Below, piece by piece: positions 8,578 to 18,502 of a stretch of DNA of 64,000 nt. How positions within the stretch are numbered: position 1 is the stretch's first letter; every line of letters starts with the position of its first letter. A program made the position numbers and the translations under genes. Under the pieces are notes generated by a model that worked only from the letters and a program-made list of their open reading frames with translations, made no database searches and had not been told where the DNA came from. The stretch lies in the NCBI GenBank assembly GCA_041491005.1, contig JBGPUE010000010.1:178-64177 (forward strand). The letters are read 5' to 3'. Source of the stretch: Candidatus Binataceae bacterium (lineage in GTDB: Bacteria > Desulfobacterota > Binatia > Binatales > Binataceae).

Positions 8578-11500
8578 TCATCCGAGGGTGATGCGTACTC
8601 GATGGGTCACGCCGTCGTTAGCCAGGGGGATAACGGGTCGGTTTCTCGACAGAGCTTCGCCGTCGAGCTCGATGGAGGCAATTCCGCGACTCACTCCGCG
8701 CGGGTTCTCCACCGCGATCTCATAGCGCGCAGAATGGTATAGGAAGACGATTTCGAAGCGTGGCCAAGCCTTCGGCACACACGGATCGATGACCAGGGTT
8801 GCGCCCCGCAAACGAAATCCGAGTATCCGCTCAAGGCCCACCCGATACATCCACGCGGCCGAGCCAGTGTACCAAGTCCATCCACCGCGTCCGACATGGG
8901 GAGGCGTAGCGTAGATGTCGGCACAAGCGACGTACGGTTCCACCTTGTAGCGATGAATGCCGGCGCGCGTGCTGGCGTGATTGATGGGATTCAGCATCGA
9001 GAATAGCTCGCCGGCTTTGTCTCCCTCGCCCAGCATGGCGAATGCAAGCACCGACCAAATTGCGGCATGTGTGTACTGGCCACCGTTTTCCCGGATTCCA
9101 GGTGGGTATCCTTTAACGTATCCAGGGTCGAGCGGTGCCAGATCGAACGGAGGGGTGAAGAGTAGGACCAGTTTTTCGTTCCGGCGGACGAGATATTTCT
9201 CCACCGCCGCCATCGCGGTTGCAGCGCGAGCCGGATCGGCGGCACCGGAGATCACTCCCCACGATTGCGCGATCGAATCAATTCGACATTCGGTACTCGA
9301 AGCCGAACCGAGCGGTGAGTCGTCGTCGAAGTAGCCCCGCCGGTACCAGTCGCCATCCCAGCCGTCTCGCTCAAGGGATTGCTTGAGAGCGGCCGCGTGT
9401 CGGCTCCAGTTTGCAGCGCGCGCATTCTCTCCGCGGTCATCGGCCAGGTGAGCGAAGTCGGAAAGCGTGGAATAAAGGAACCAGCCAAGCCAGATGCTCT
9501 CGCCTTTTCCCTTCTCACCGACCCGGTTCATGCCGTCGTTCCAATCGCCGGTGCCGATCAGTGGCAGGCCGTGGTGACCCACCGCGAGACTCACGTCAAG
9601 GGCCCGGGCGCAGTGCTCGAAGAGCGTGACGCGTTGCTCGGAAACCATCGGTCGAAAGTACGATTCGTGCTCGTCGGCACGGAGGGTTGGGCCTTCGACA
9701 AAGGGGACCATCTCGTCGAGGACTGCGAGGTCGCCTGTGACCTCCACATAATGGGCTGCCGCATACGGCAACCATACCCGGTCGTCGGAGATCCGGGTGC
9801 GAACCCCCTGGCCAGATGGCGGGAGCCACCAATGCTGAACGTCGCCCTCGGCGAACTGCCGCGCGGCCGCACGCAACAGATGCTCCCGCGTCACTTCAGG
9901 CGTCGATGCAGCGAGCGCCATCACATCCTGAAGCTGGTCGCGAAAGCCGTAGGCGCCGCTCGCTTGGTAAAACGCCGACCGAGCCCACACGCGGCATGCC
10001 AGTGTCTGGTAGAGCAGCCAGCGGTTCATCAGAATGTCCATCGCTCGGTCGGGTGTCTTCACTTGAACTGCGCCGAGGATCTCGTCCCATTGCCGAGTGA
10101 CCGCCCTGAAGACCGAATCCAGGTCTGTGGTTCGGTAGCGCGTGATCAAGGAAAGCGCCTCCGCCTTCGTCGCCGCCTCGCCGAGAAAGAAGACAATTTC
10201 GGCCGCACTGTTCGGCGCAAGCTGAAGCTGAGTCTGCAGGACGCCGCAGGGATCGAGACCGGCGCCGACCCGATCGGAGAGCGGCGTTGCGCTGGCGAGC
10301 GCGGCCGGAGAATCGAGCGTGCCGTTGCGGCCAACGAACTCCGTGCGGTCGCCGGTCCAAGCGCTTTGGCGTCCGGCGAGGTCGGCGAACGCCACGCGAC
10401 TACCGAAATCGTTACTCCGAGGGTTCCGCGCAAGCATCGCTCCGGTCGTCGAATCGATTTCCGTGACGACGAACGGCGCAGAAGTGATGCGGGAAGCGCC
10501 GAGCACCCACTCCACGTATGCGGTGACCGAAAGACGCCGCGATCGCGCCGAGAGATTCCGAATCTTCAACCGGGAAATCTTGATCGGATCCTCGGGGGAT
10601 ACATATTGCAGAAGTTCGAGCGAGATCCCGTGCGAAGTGTGCTCGAAGCGGCTGTAACCTTGGCCATGCCGAACGACGTACGGCGAGGTCTCCTCGCGAA
10701 TCGGCAGAGCGGTGGGACTCCAGAACGCACCTGTCGCTTCGTCACGAACATAGATCACCTCGCCCGGAGGGTCGGAGACGGGGTCGTTGGACCAAGGAGT
10801 GATCTGGTTCTCGCGGCTGCTGATCGACCATGTGTAGCCAGAGCCGGCGGCCGACACTTGGAAGCCAAACGAGCGATTCGCGATCACATTCACCCATGGC
10901 GCCGGTGTCCATAGCGCCTCGCTGAAGATTGTCACGTATTCTCGCCCGCCGGCGGCGAAGCCGCCGATGCCATTGAAAAACTCCAGGCTCGTTTGGGGCG
11001 GCGTAGCCTTCGGCTGTTCGTTCGCCGGCGCAGACTCGCGTCTCGGGGGCGGCGCGATGGCGGGTTGAGATTCCTCCAGGCGATTGACCTGCTCGGTGAG
11101 GCTTCCGTGGTGGCTGAGAAGCACCGCCCGGGCGGTGCTCTGAAGCAGGCTTCGCACCTCGACCGAGATCAGATCGGAGCGCAACACAAACACTGCTCCC
11201 CGCGCCGCTTCTCCGTCGGCCTGCGGCCGCGATTGGTTCGCACGGACCAGCGCTTCCAACGTGGCCTGCAGATCCTGATCGTAGGACGAAGGCTTTTCAT
11301 TCAGAATCACGAGATCGACGTCGAGCTGCTTCATCCGCCAGTATTCGTGGGCGCGGACCAATTGCCGAACGATCTCTCGATCCTCTGCTTCATCGATCCG
11401 GACCAACACGATCGGCAGGTCCCCGGAGATTCCGTGGGCCCATAGCGTCGAAGATCCGCGCTCGCTCCGCTTGAGCACCTCGGACGAAGGCCGCATCGTC

Positions 11501-14500
11501 GGGTTGGCATAGATGACGTGATTGGCGATGCGCTGGAAGAGGTGCGCTTCGTCGGGACTGACGCCGAGATGGTGCAGCTCCACCTGAGCCTGCGTCCAGG
11601 CCAGAGTGACCGCGCGCTCGAAGGCTGTAAAGTCGTGGTGCTTGTCTGCCAAGTCAAGCGCTTCGACTCGGGAGGGTGCGATCAGGGTCCAGAATGCGAC
11701 GCGCGCCCGGCCACCCGGCGGAATTCTTAAACGGTGGCGAAGGCTGAAGATCGGATCGAGCACGGTGCCGACCGTGTTGGAAAGCGGCCGGCCGTCGATC
11801 ACGGATATCGGCGTTCGGATCCCTCGCGCACGCCCAAGGAACGCCGCCCGGTCGGTCTCGAATTGCAAGTCGCCCACCGTCTCGCCTTCTACTACGGCAA
11901 GGTGGGCTGCCCAGACCGGCGCCTCGCCGGGCGACCGCAGCCGCCGCGTTGCCATCACAGCGCCCACGTCGGCGACGAATTCCGTCTGCACGAACAGCTT
12001 GGAGAAGGCGGGGTGCGCGGCGTCTTCCGCTGGGGGCGCCAAGACGACCTCAGCATAGGAGGTCACCTCGATTTCCCGATACCGGTTTCCAAGGTTTGAG
12101 ATCGATACGCGGCGAACCTCGGCGTCGTCCTCGGGCGAAACCGCGATCTCGAGTGTTGTCGTGAGCGTCCCGTCGCGCCTCGTGATTTCGGCTCGATCCT
12201 CGGAGAACACCACCCCGTAACTATCCGGCTCGACGCCGGTCGGTTGATATCCCGCCGACCATACTTCGCCGGTACGCACATCGCGCAGAAAAACGTACGT
12301 TCCCCAGGAGTCGCAGGTAACGTCTTCTCGCCAACGCGTGACCGCGAGGTCCCGCCAACGGCTGTATCCGGAACCCGCTGCAGTGATCATCACTGCGTAT
12401 CTGCCGTTCGAGAGAAGGTGCGTGCGCGGAATCACGTCGTGTGGCGATCGGAATCGTCGCAGCATCGGCGCAACGATCTCGCGGATGTTGGGGGCCACCT
12501 TCACTTCCTCGGCACGCGGACGCGCAACCAAAACGTCGCGCGGAGTTCGTTCTTGCAGCAAGAGTTCCGTCGCCTGCATGACTGGCGCGGCGTGAAAACG
12601 GGCGCGCATCGTTCCGTTCCGGAGAGCGTCGTCAATCGCGACCAGAGTCATCCCCTGGTGATGCGCCATAAAAGCTCGAACGACCGCCACGTCTTCGCCC
12701 TCAGGGAGGCGCGTCGGCGTGTAGTCAAGAGCCTCATAGTAGCCATAGCGGCCGAGGCCACCGGCCGCAGCGAGACGTGTGAAGTTTCGCGCCGCAGCTT
12801 TGGCATCTACCATCGCGGCGAGGGCCGTTGCGTAAGGGGCGACGACGACGTTCTCGCTGAGTCCGCGCTTGAGCCCCAGTCCAGGGACGCCAAAATTTGA
12901 GTACTGATAGGTGAGCTCCAGATCTCGCGCGCTGTAAGCCGATTCCGAGACACCCCACGGCACGCCGAGCTCGGCGCCATACTTCATTTGCCGGCGGACG
13001 ACGAGGCGATTCGACTGCGCGAGCAGGCTCCCCTCCGGTGCGCGCATCACCAACGACGGCATCAGGTACTCGAACATCGAACCCGACCACGAGATCAGGG
13101 CCGAACCGCGATCTACCGGCGTCAGGTCGCGCCCGAGCCGGAACCAATGGCGCGCCGGCACGTCTCCCTTGGCGATCGCCACGAAGCTGGCCAAGCGTGC
13201 CTCAGAGGCGAGCAAGTCATAGCAGTTTGGATCGAGGCTGCCTTCCGCGACCCGGTACCCAATCGCAAGAAGTTGCCGCGCTGGGTCGAAGAGGAAGCCG
13301 AACTCCATGGCCTCGAACATTTTCCCCGCCATTTCGCCGAGCGCCGCGAGGCGACGTTCGAGCACGCGTGCGGCGTTCGCGGAACGTTCGAAGGCGTCAA
13401 TCAGAGCGTCGGCTCGCACCACCGCGGCAGATACTCCACGGGCGTGCGGGTCAAGTTCCGATCGGTAACGCGTCAGGCCTCTGATCGCCTCTTCGCAGTG
13501 ACCCGGCAGATCGGCAATGGTCGGAACGGATTCGAACAGATAGCCGAGCACCTCCTCCAGCGGAGCGTCTCCATCTACCGCTCTCTCAGCGGCGACGAAC
13601 GCGACGTCGCCCGCGAGCTTCGCCCATGGCATCAACTGTTCGACGTCGCGCTGATGACTCAGGATCGACGCCCGCACCGCTTCTACCCAGTTCAGCACTT
13701 GGGCGCTAGCGTCGTCTCCCCGTTCCTGGTTGAGCGTCCACGCAATGTCGACGGCCGTGTGGGCGTCAAGCGCGAGCCCCGCAAGGCGCCTTCCAACATC
13801 CGCCGGAGTCGTGGCAGGACTTCGCAGCGAAGCGGTGAGAGCGTCGAGTGCGTCCTCGATATGCTTTCGAGTTACCGTTTGAGTCCGCCGATCGTCAGCG
13901 AGCAAACGCAGACACTCGCGGGCGATTTCCAGCGCGTCATCGATCCCGGCGAGCCATCCCGGCCTCGGCACTGGACCGCCGATCATCTCCCGCAAAGCGT
14001 TCTCAAGGGCGATCAGGTGTCCCGCCAGATTCCCGCTATCCACAGACGAGACATATTTGGGGTCTAGCGGACGAAGCTTCCGCGTGTCGTACCAGTTGTA
14101 GAAGTGGCCGTGGAAGCGTTCGAGTCCGCTCATCGTCGTGAGAGTCGCGTCCAACCGCTCCAATGTTTCGAGCACACCCAGCCAGCCGAAATCGTGCGCG
14201 GCGGTCACGGACAGAAGATACAATCCGAGGTTGGTGGGCGACGTCCGATGAGCCAGCATTGGGATTGGTTCTTCCTGGAAGTTGTCAGGCGGAAGCATGT
14301 GATCCTCCGCGGTGACGAAGGTCTCGAAGAAGCTCCAGGTGCGGCGGGCGATGAGCTTGAGTGTCTGCGCATCTGTCTCGGAGGGCGGATTTGGGCCCAC
14401 CATGGGCGGTGGAAGGCTCGCCCATCGCGCGACCGCCGGCGATAGCATCCACAGGATCACGAATGGAGCCGCGATCGGCCATGACCCACCCCCCAAGCAT

Positions 14501-17442
14501 GCGACGATGACGACGGCCACAACCGCAAGGGCGACACCGCCAGCCATTCGCCAATACGATCCGCGAAGATCAAGCCGGGTGCGGAACTTCGCCTGAGCGG
14601 CAGTAACCCACTCGAGCAGCCTCCGACGCCTCACGAACAGGCGGAAGAGCGTTCGCGAGATGGCGTCGGTCATCAACCACGCCTGATGCGCGAGGAATGT
14701 GACCACGAGCGCGATCTGTAAGAGAGCGACCAGGAGATCCGCGCCCACCGCGCGCAGATGGGTCCGCTTGGAGATACCGAGCCGTCGGGGCGCGATCCCG
14801 GCGAGCAGAGGCAACAGGGCAGGCACCGCGATCGTGACGAGCACGAAGGCGCTCCAGATTTTCGCGGAAAACAAGGGAAGAGACCATCCTGCCAGCAATG
14901 CCAGCAAGGCGGCCGGCGCCGACAGCGTTCGGCGCAGGTTGTCGATCATTTTCCAGCGGCCGATCAACGGAATCGCCGTGCGGCCCGGTTCGCCTTTTGG
15001 GTCGCGTCCCCGGCCGAAGATCCAGGGAAGTAATTGCCAATCGCCGCGCGCCCACCGATGCTGCCGCGCCGCGGCGACGTCATAGCGTGATGGAAACTCC
15101 TCGACCACCTCGATGTCAGAGACCAGTCCGGCCCGCGCGAAAATTCCTTCAAGCAGATCGTGACTCAGGAGCGTGCTGTCGGGAACCCGCCCTTCGAGAG
15201 CGGCTTCAAAGGCGTCCACGTCGTAGATTCCCTTACCGCTGTACGAACCCTCGCCGAAGAGGTCCTGGTATACGTCGGAGACGGCAGCCGCATACGGGTC
15301 GACGCCGCTGGCGCTCGAAAAGACACGCTGGAAAAGCGACCCGTCCCGACCGCTCGGCAACGACGGAGTAACTCGCGGCTGAAGCACCCCGTACCCCTCG
15401 ATCACGCGGCAGGAATGCGGGTCGAGGGTCGGACGGTTGAGCGGATGCGCCATCTTACCGATTAGCCGCTTGACGGCTCCCCGCGGTAGTCGCGTATCCG
15501 CGTCGAGCGTGATCACGTAGCGGACGCCGGGAGGCACGACCGGGAGGCGGGAGCCCATTGGCAGGAAGGTTGTGTCAGTCGCTCCGCGAAGCCATCGATT
15601 CAGCTCGTGTAGCTTGCCGCGCTTGCGTTCCCACCCGATCCACTTTCCCTCCCCGTCGTTCCAGATCCGCCGACGATGGAGCAGGAGGAATCGTTCCCCG
15701 TCCGGCGCCGGACCGTACAGCCGGTTCAGCCGCTCGATTCCCGCGACGGCTGCGCCGAGGAGCTTGTCGTCGCCCGGAGCATTCTCGGTGGCGCAGTCTG
15801 TCCAGTCCGAGAGGAGAGCGAAACGAAGATCGCCATCGGGAGTCGCGAGATGATGGACCTCGAGACGCTCGATCTGCTCCTCAAGTTCCGTTGGTGTCGT
15901 CAAGAGGGTGGGCACGACAACCATCGTGCGCAGACTCGACGGGACCCCGTCTCGAAGCTCCAGCCCAGGCAGTATCTTCGGGCCGAAGCAATTCATGACG
16001 CCGAGGTTCACCAGGGCCACACTCGCATCCAACGCCGGAAGGAATGCCAGGAGCGCGAGCATGACGAGAGTCCATCCGCCGACACCGGACTTTGCCACGC
16101 CGAGCAACAGTAGCGCGGAAATAAGCGTGACGACGATCGCGATGGTTCCGAGATAGCCCAGAATTCCCGCGGCCGCGTTGGCGCGAACGAGCCGTTGTCG
16201 CACCGGAACCTGAAATCCGATCTCGTTCTCGAGGGCCCGACGCCCTTTCGAGATGAGGTAATAGCCCGGCTCTTGCTCGCGGCGTGGGGTCGCCTCATCG
16301 CCGTTCACAGGATCTGCTGCCGCCCGCTTGGCGGCCACAATCGCCGATCGCGCGATATCGAGTTCCGTATGCGCCGACCCTCGCGCGAGCTCTTCGATCG
16401 CGTGCCTGTAGCGATCTCGAGTCGGGAAGTCCATTTCGGCAAAGTTGCCGCCGGCGCGGAGCACCGCATCAACGAGACTGACACTCTCGAAGAGTTCCGC
16501 CCAATCCACCGCGGACATCAGGCGCATGCTCATGATCGCATTGCGCACTGTCACGTTCATCGCGCCCTGCCTCTGATGCTCCTGACGGACGATCTCGTCG
16601 GCGGTCGTTCCCTGGGCTGCAAGGCGTTGGTCCAGCCAAAGGAGCGCTGGCGTCACGGTTGGGTCCTGATCGCGTAACCGCTGGACCAACTGAACCGCAA
16701 AGGCCGTCGGCAACGAGGTCTGATCGAAGCGTCGCAGAACAGTCTCCAGCGTCTCGCCCTTGCCATTGCCGACTCCCAATAGCCTGTCGGCTAGAGCGTC
16801 GGCCTCCTGGCGAGCCGCTCGACCCCTCACGATCCGCTCGGCCAAGCGCCGCAAATTCTCCACGAGCACGATTCGAAGCGTAATGGCAACGGCCCAGAGT
16901 TCGCCGATCGTCAGAGGCTGCACGCGCTGATAGGCCTGTAGGAACCGGGACAGCATCTGCGGATCGAAGCGGCTGTCGGTATGCGCAACGAAGGCCCAGG
17001 CAATTCCGAATACGCGGGGATAGCCTTCAAGTGGTCCTTCTGCAATTTTGGGCAACTGGCGATAGAAACCACGCGGAAGATCGTCCCGGACCTCGCGAAT
17101 TTGTTTTTCTACGACGTGGAAGTTGTCGACCAGCCATTCCGCCGCAGGCGTAATTGCGCGTTCCTCACGGATCGCTGCCGCGATCGCGCGATACGCTTTG
17201 AGCAGCACGCGACCATTTTCGCGCAGGCGTTTCAGCAGCCGTGAAGTAGTACCCGGCCTCGTCGTGACAGGCTGAGCAGCCGCAAGGCTCTCCGCATGCT
17301 GTTCGAGGCGCTCGATGCTGAACAATTCGGCGCGAATCGGCTCTTCAGCGTCTCCGGCGGTGGCCGCCAGCGGACCGTTAAGAGCTCGAAAAAATGAATA
17401 CTTCAAGTTTGCCTCTCGGCTTGGTGAACGCACCGAGAGCAA
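8578..17442 (-). CDS. ndvB: Cyclic beta-1,2-glucan synthase (ChvB/NdvB/Cgs type; GT84 + cyclisation + GH94-like domains)
   Basis: Single 2954-aa ORF. N-terminal PIRAELFSIERLEQHAESLA and several hydrophobic TM blocks. GT84-type module (VITLDADTRLPRGAVKRLIGKMAHPLN; QHRWARGDWQLLPW). Central helical glucan-binding region (SPTNLGLYLLSVTAAHDFGW). C-terminal GH94 phosphorylase-like region (GTGDWNDGMNRVG; RENGGQYTHAAIW). Size and domain order match the known cyclic glucan synthases. Confidence 0.9.
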   Translation of the reverse strand: MLSVRSPSREANLKYSFFRALNGPLAATAGDAEEPIRAELFSIERLEQHAESLAAAQPVTTRPGTTSRLLKRLRENGRVLLKAYRAIAAAIREERAITPAAEWLVDNFHVVEKQIREVRDDLPRGFYRQLPKIAEGPLEGYPRVFGIAWAFVAHTDSRFDPQMLSRFLQAYQRVQPLTIGELWAVAITLRIVLVENLRRLAERIVRGRAARQEADALADRLLGVGNGKGETLETVLRRFDQTSLPTAFAVQLVQRLRDQDPTVTPALLWLDQRLAAQGTTADEIVRQEHQRQGAMNVTVRNAIMSMRLMSAVDWAELFESVSLVDAVLRAGGNFAEMDFPTRDRYRHAIEELARGSAHTELDIARSAIVAAKRAAADPVNGDEATPRREQEPGYYLISKGRRALENEIGFQVPVRQRLVRANAAAGILGYLGTIAIVVTLISALLLLGVAKSGVGGWTLVMLALLAFLPALDASVALVNLGVMNCFGPKILPGLELRDGVPSSLRTMVVVPTLLTTPTELEEQIERLEVHHLATPDGDLRFALLSDWTDCATENAPGDDKLLGAAVAGIERLNRLYGPAPDGERFLLLHRRRIWNDGEGKWIGWERKRGKLHELNRWLRGATDTTFLPMGSRLPVVPPGVRYVITLDADTRLPRGAVKRLIGKMAHPLNRPTLDPHSCRVIEGYGVLQPRVTPSLPSGRDGSLFQRVFSSASGVDPYAAAVSDVYQDLFGEGSYSGKGIYDVDAFEAALEGRVPDSTLLSHDLLEGIFARAGLVSDIEVVEEFPSRYDVAAARQHRWARGDWQLLPWIFGRGRDPKGEPGRTAIPLIGRWKMIDNLRRTLSAPAALLALLAGWSLPLFSAKIWSAFVLVTIAVPALLPLLAGIAPRRLGISKRTHLRAVGADLLVALLQIALVVTFLAHQAWLMTDAISRTLFRLFVRRRRLLEWVTAAQAKFRTRLDLRGSYWRMAGGVALAVVAVVIVACLGGGSWPIAAPFVILWMLSPAVARWASLPPPMVGPNPPSETDAQTLKLIARRTWSFFETFVTAEDHMLPPDNFQEEPIPMLAHRTSPTNLGLYLLSVTAAHDFGWLGVLETLERLDATLTTMSGLERFHGHFYNWYDTRKLRPLDPKYVSSVDSGNLAGHLIALENALREMIGGPVPRPGWLAGIDDALEIARECLRLLADDRRTQTVTRKHIEDALDALTASLRSPATTPADVGRRLAGLALDAHTAVDIAWTLNQERGDDASAQVLNWVEAVRASILSHQRDVEQLMPWAKLAGDVAFVAAERAVDGDAPLEEVLGYLFESVPTIADLPGHCEEAIRGLTRYRSELDPHARGVSAAVVRADALIDAFERSANAARVLERRLAALGEMAGKMFEAMEFGFLFDPARQLLAIGYRVAEGSLDPNCYDLLASEARLASFVAIAKGDVPARHWFRLGRDLTPVDRGSALISWSGSMFEYLMPSLVMRAPEGSLLAQSNRLVVRRQMKYGAELGVPWGVSESAYSARDLELTYQYSNFGVPGLGLKRGLSENVVVAPYATALAAMVDAKAAARNFTRLAAAGGLGRYGYYEALDYTPTRLPEGEDVAVVRAFMAHHQGMTLVAIDDALRNGTMRARFHAAPVMQATELLLQERTPRDVLVARPRAEEVKVAPNIREIVAPMLRRFRSPHDVIPRTHLLSNGRYAVMITAAGSGYSRWRDLAVTRWREDVTCDSWGTYVFLRDVRTGEVWSAGYQPTGVEPDSYGVVFSEDRAEITRRDGTLTTTLEIAVSPEDDAEVRRVSISNLGNRYREIEVTSYAEVVLAPPAEDAAHPAFSKLFVQTEFVADVGAVMATRRLRSPGEAPVWAAHLAVVEGETVGDLQFETDRAAFLGRARGIRTPISVIDGRPLSNTVGTVLDPIFSLRHRLRIPPGGRARVAFWTLIAPSRVEALDLADKHHDFTAFERAVTLAWTQAQVELHHLGVSPDEAHLFQRIANHVIYANPTMRPSSEVLKRSERGSSTLWAHGISGDLPIVLVRIDEAEDREIVRQLVRAHEYWRMKQLDVDLVILNEKPSSYDQDLQATLEALVRANQSRPQADGEAARGAVFVLRSDLISVEVRSLLQSTARAVLLSHHGSLTEQVNRLEESQPAIAPPPRRESAPANEQPKATPPQTSLEFFNGIGGFAAGGREYVTIFSEALWTPAPWVNVIANRSFGFQVSAAGSGYTWSISSRENQITPWSNDPVSDPPGEVIYVRDEATGAFWSPTALPIREETSPYVVRHGQGYSRFEHTSHGISLELLQYVSPEDPIKISRLKIRNLSARSRRLSVTAYVEWVLGASRITSAPFVVTEIDSTTGAMLARNPRSNDFGSRVAFADLAGRQSAWTGDRTEFVGRNGTLDSPAALASATPLSDRVGAGLDPCGVLQTQLQLAPNSAAEIVFFLGEAATKAEALSLITRYRTTDLDSVFRAVTRQWDEILGAVQVKTPDRAMDILMNRWLLYQTLACRVWARSAFYQASGAYGFRDQLQDVMALAASTPEVTREHLLRAAARQFAEGDVQHWWLPPSGQGVRTRISDDRVWLPYAAAHYVEVTGDLAVLDEMVPFVEGPTLRADEHESYFRPMVSEQRVTLFEHCARALDVSLAVGHHGLPLIGTGDWNDGMNRVGEKGKGESIWLGWFLYSTLSDFAHLADDRGENARAANWSRHAAALKQSLERDGWDGDWYRRGYFDDDSPLGSASSTECRIDSIAQSWGVISGAADPARAATAMAAVEKYLVRRNEKLVLLFTPPFDLAPLDPGYVKGYPPGIRENGGQYTHAAIWSVLAFAMLGEGDKAGELFSMLNPINHASTRAGIHRYKVEPYVACADIYATPPHVGRGGWTWYTGSAAWMYRVGLERILGFRLRGATLVIDPCVPKAWPRFEIVFLYHSARYEIAVENPRGVSRGIASIELDGEALSRNRPVIPLANDGVTHRVRITLG

Positions 17443-17518
17443 GCCGCGCAGGGTCGCGAGAGGTCAGACAATCTGGCCGGGCTGCGGTCCTGGAATCATT
17501 CCCGCGAGGTCGGCATCC

Positions 17519-17806
17519 TTACCGATTGCCAGTTCGGTTCTTGGCTCCGAAGCTCGATTCGCGGGGTTTGGCTTCGTTCACCTTGATGTTCCTGCCCTTG
17601 AGCTCGGTATCGTTGAATTGCTGTATCGCCTTGGCAGCGTCGTCCGCACTTGCCATTTCGACAAAGCCGAAGCCCTTGGATTGGCCGGAGACCTTATCCG
17701 TTATTACAGCCACACTTTGAACCTGACCTACCTGAGCGAAAAGTTCTTCGAGGTCGCCCTGAGTAACCGAATAGGCCAGATTGCCTACGTACAATTTGCT
17801 GGGCAT
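17519..17806 (-). CDS. RRM-type RNA-binding protein
   Basis: 95-aa ORF with RNP-2 (KLYVGNL) and RNP-1 (KGFGFVEM) motifs. GGAGGG Shine-Dalgarno lies 6 nt upstream of the ATG. Only 76 nt separate its stop from the glucan synthase start. Confidence 0.9.
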   Translation of the reverse strand: MPSKLYVGNLAYSVTQGDLEELFAQVGQVQSVAVITDKVSGQSKGFGFVEMASADDAAKAIQQFNDTELKGRNIKVNEAKPRESSFGAKNRTGNR

Positions 17807-17850
17807 TTATTGCCCTCCATAAGCTGTGCCGGGGAGTTCTCGAACAGAAA

Positions 17851-17870
17851 ACCCGGGCTTATTCCCGGGT
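17851..17870 (-). promoter_or_regulatory. Terminator-like hairpin in the leader of the RRM gene
   Basis: The minus strand reads ACCCGGG-AATAAG-CCCGGGT (7-bp stem, 6-nt loop) followed by TTTCTGTT, about 45 nt upstream of the RRM start codon. It is either an intrinsic terminator of an unseen upstream transcript or a leader/attenuator structure. Confidence 0.35.
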
Positions 17871-18502
17871 CTAGATGAAAGGAACAATCCAAGCGTTACA
17901 ACGCGCAGCGTATGCTTTTCGGGCCGCTAATGATACGGACACAAGCTTCGTGGCCAGTCGTGTCCCCTTTGATGCGAAATGTTCAACCGTGTTGGAGTCT
18001 CCTTGCATCTACTGAGAATTCCGAAAGCCAAGGGTCTTGCAATTCGCCGCTCCTGCGCTTGGCAAGATAGAGGTTCGTCGACGACACAATGTGCCTGACG
18101 GTGACCCGCCCCTTGGCCGGCGGTGCACACAAGACGATGAAGGTCGCGGTTACGGTCGGCGATTTCACCGCAGCTTCATCGCGGCCGCTGCTGGTCGACC
18201 CGATGGGCGCCGAGCAGTATGCGTTCTAGCCGGCGGGGGTCGCCCCGCCCCACACCGGTTGCTAGGCGACGACCCAACTGTTGCAAGTTGCGGCGCCGTA
18301 GGAAACGGATCTCCGCTTTGAGCAGGCCGGCGAGTAAAACTCAAGGGGCTCTCAGGAACCCATCTCCTCTACCGGGCGCTCTGGTAGTCGAGAGACAAAC
18401 GCTGGCCGCTCGGCTGCGGGCTGTCAGCGCCCCAGCTTCTCTGTGCGGGACGCAGGTAACCGTGTAGTTTGACTCGAAGTCTGTCCGTGAAGGAGACAAG
18501 TC

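Noticed and set aside
9379-14067. Long plus-strand ORFs inside the glucan synthase gene (e.g. 9379-10914 at 511 aa, 12988-14067 at 359 aa, 12244-12900 at 218 aa).
   Set aside because: They are antisense to a 2954-aa ORF with unmistakable family motifs. Their translations are Arg/Pro/Gly-rich low-complexity sequence, typical of spurious open frames in high-GC DNA.
17927-18502. Short ORFs (60-95 codons) in the 620-bp RRM/cupin divergent region.
   Set aside because: They have no RBS, no recognisable sequence and mutually overlapping frames. The region is most likely a long regulatory intergenic region.
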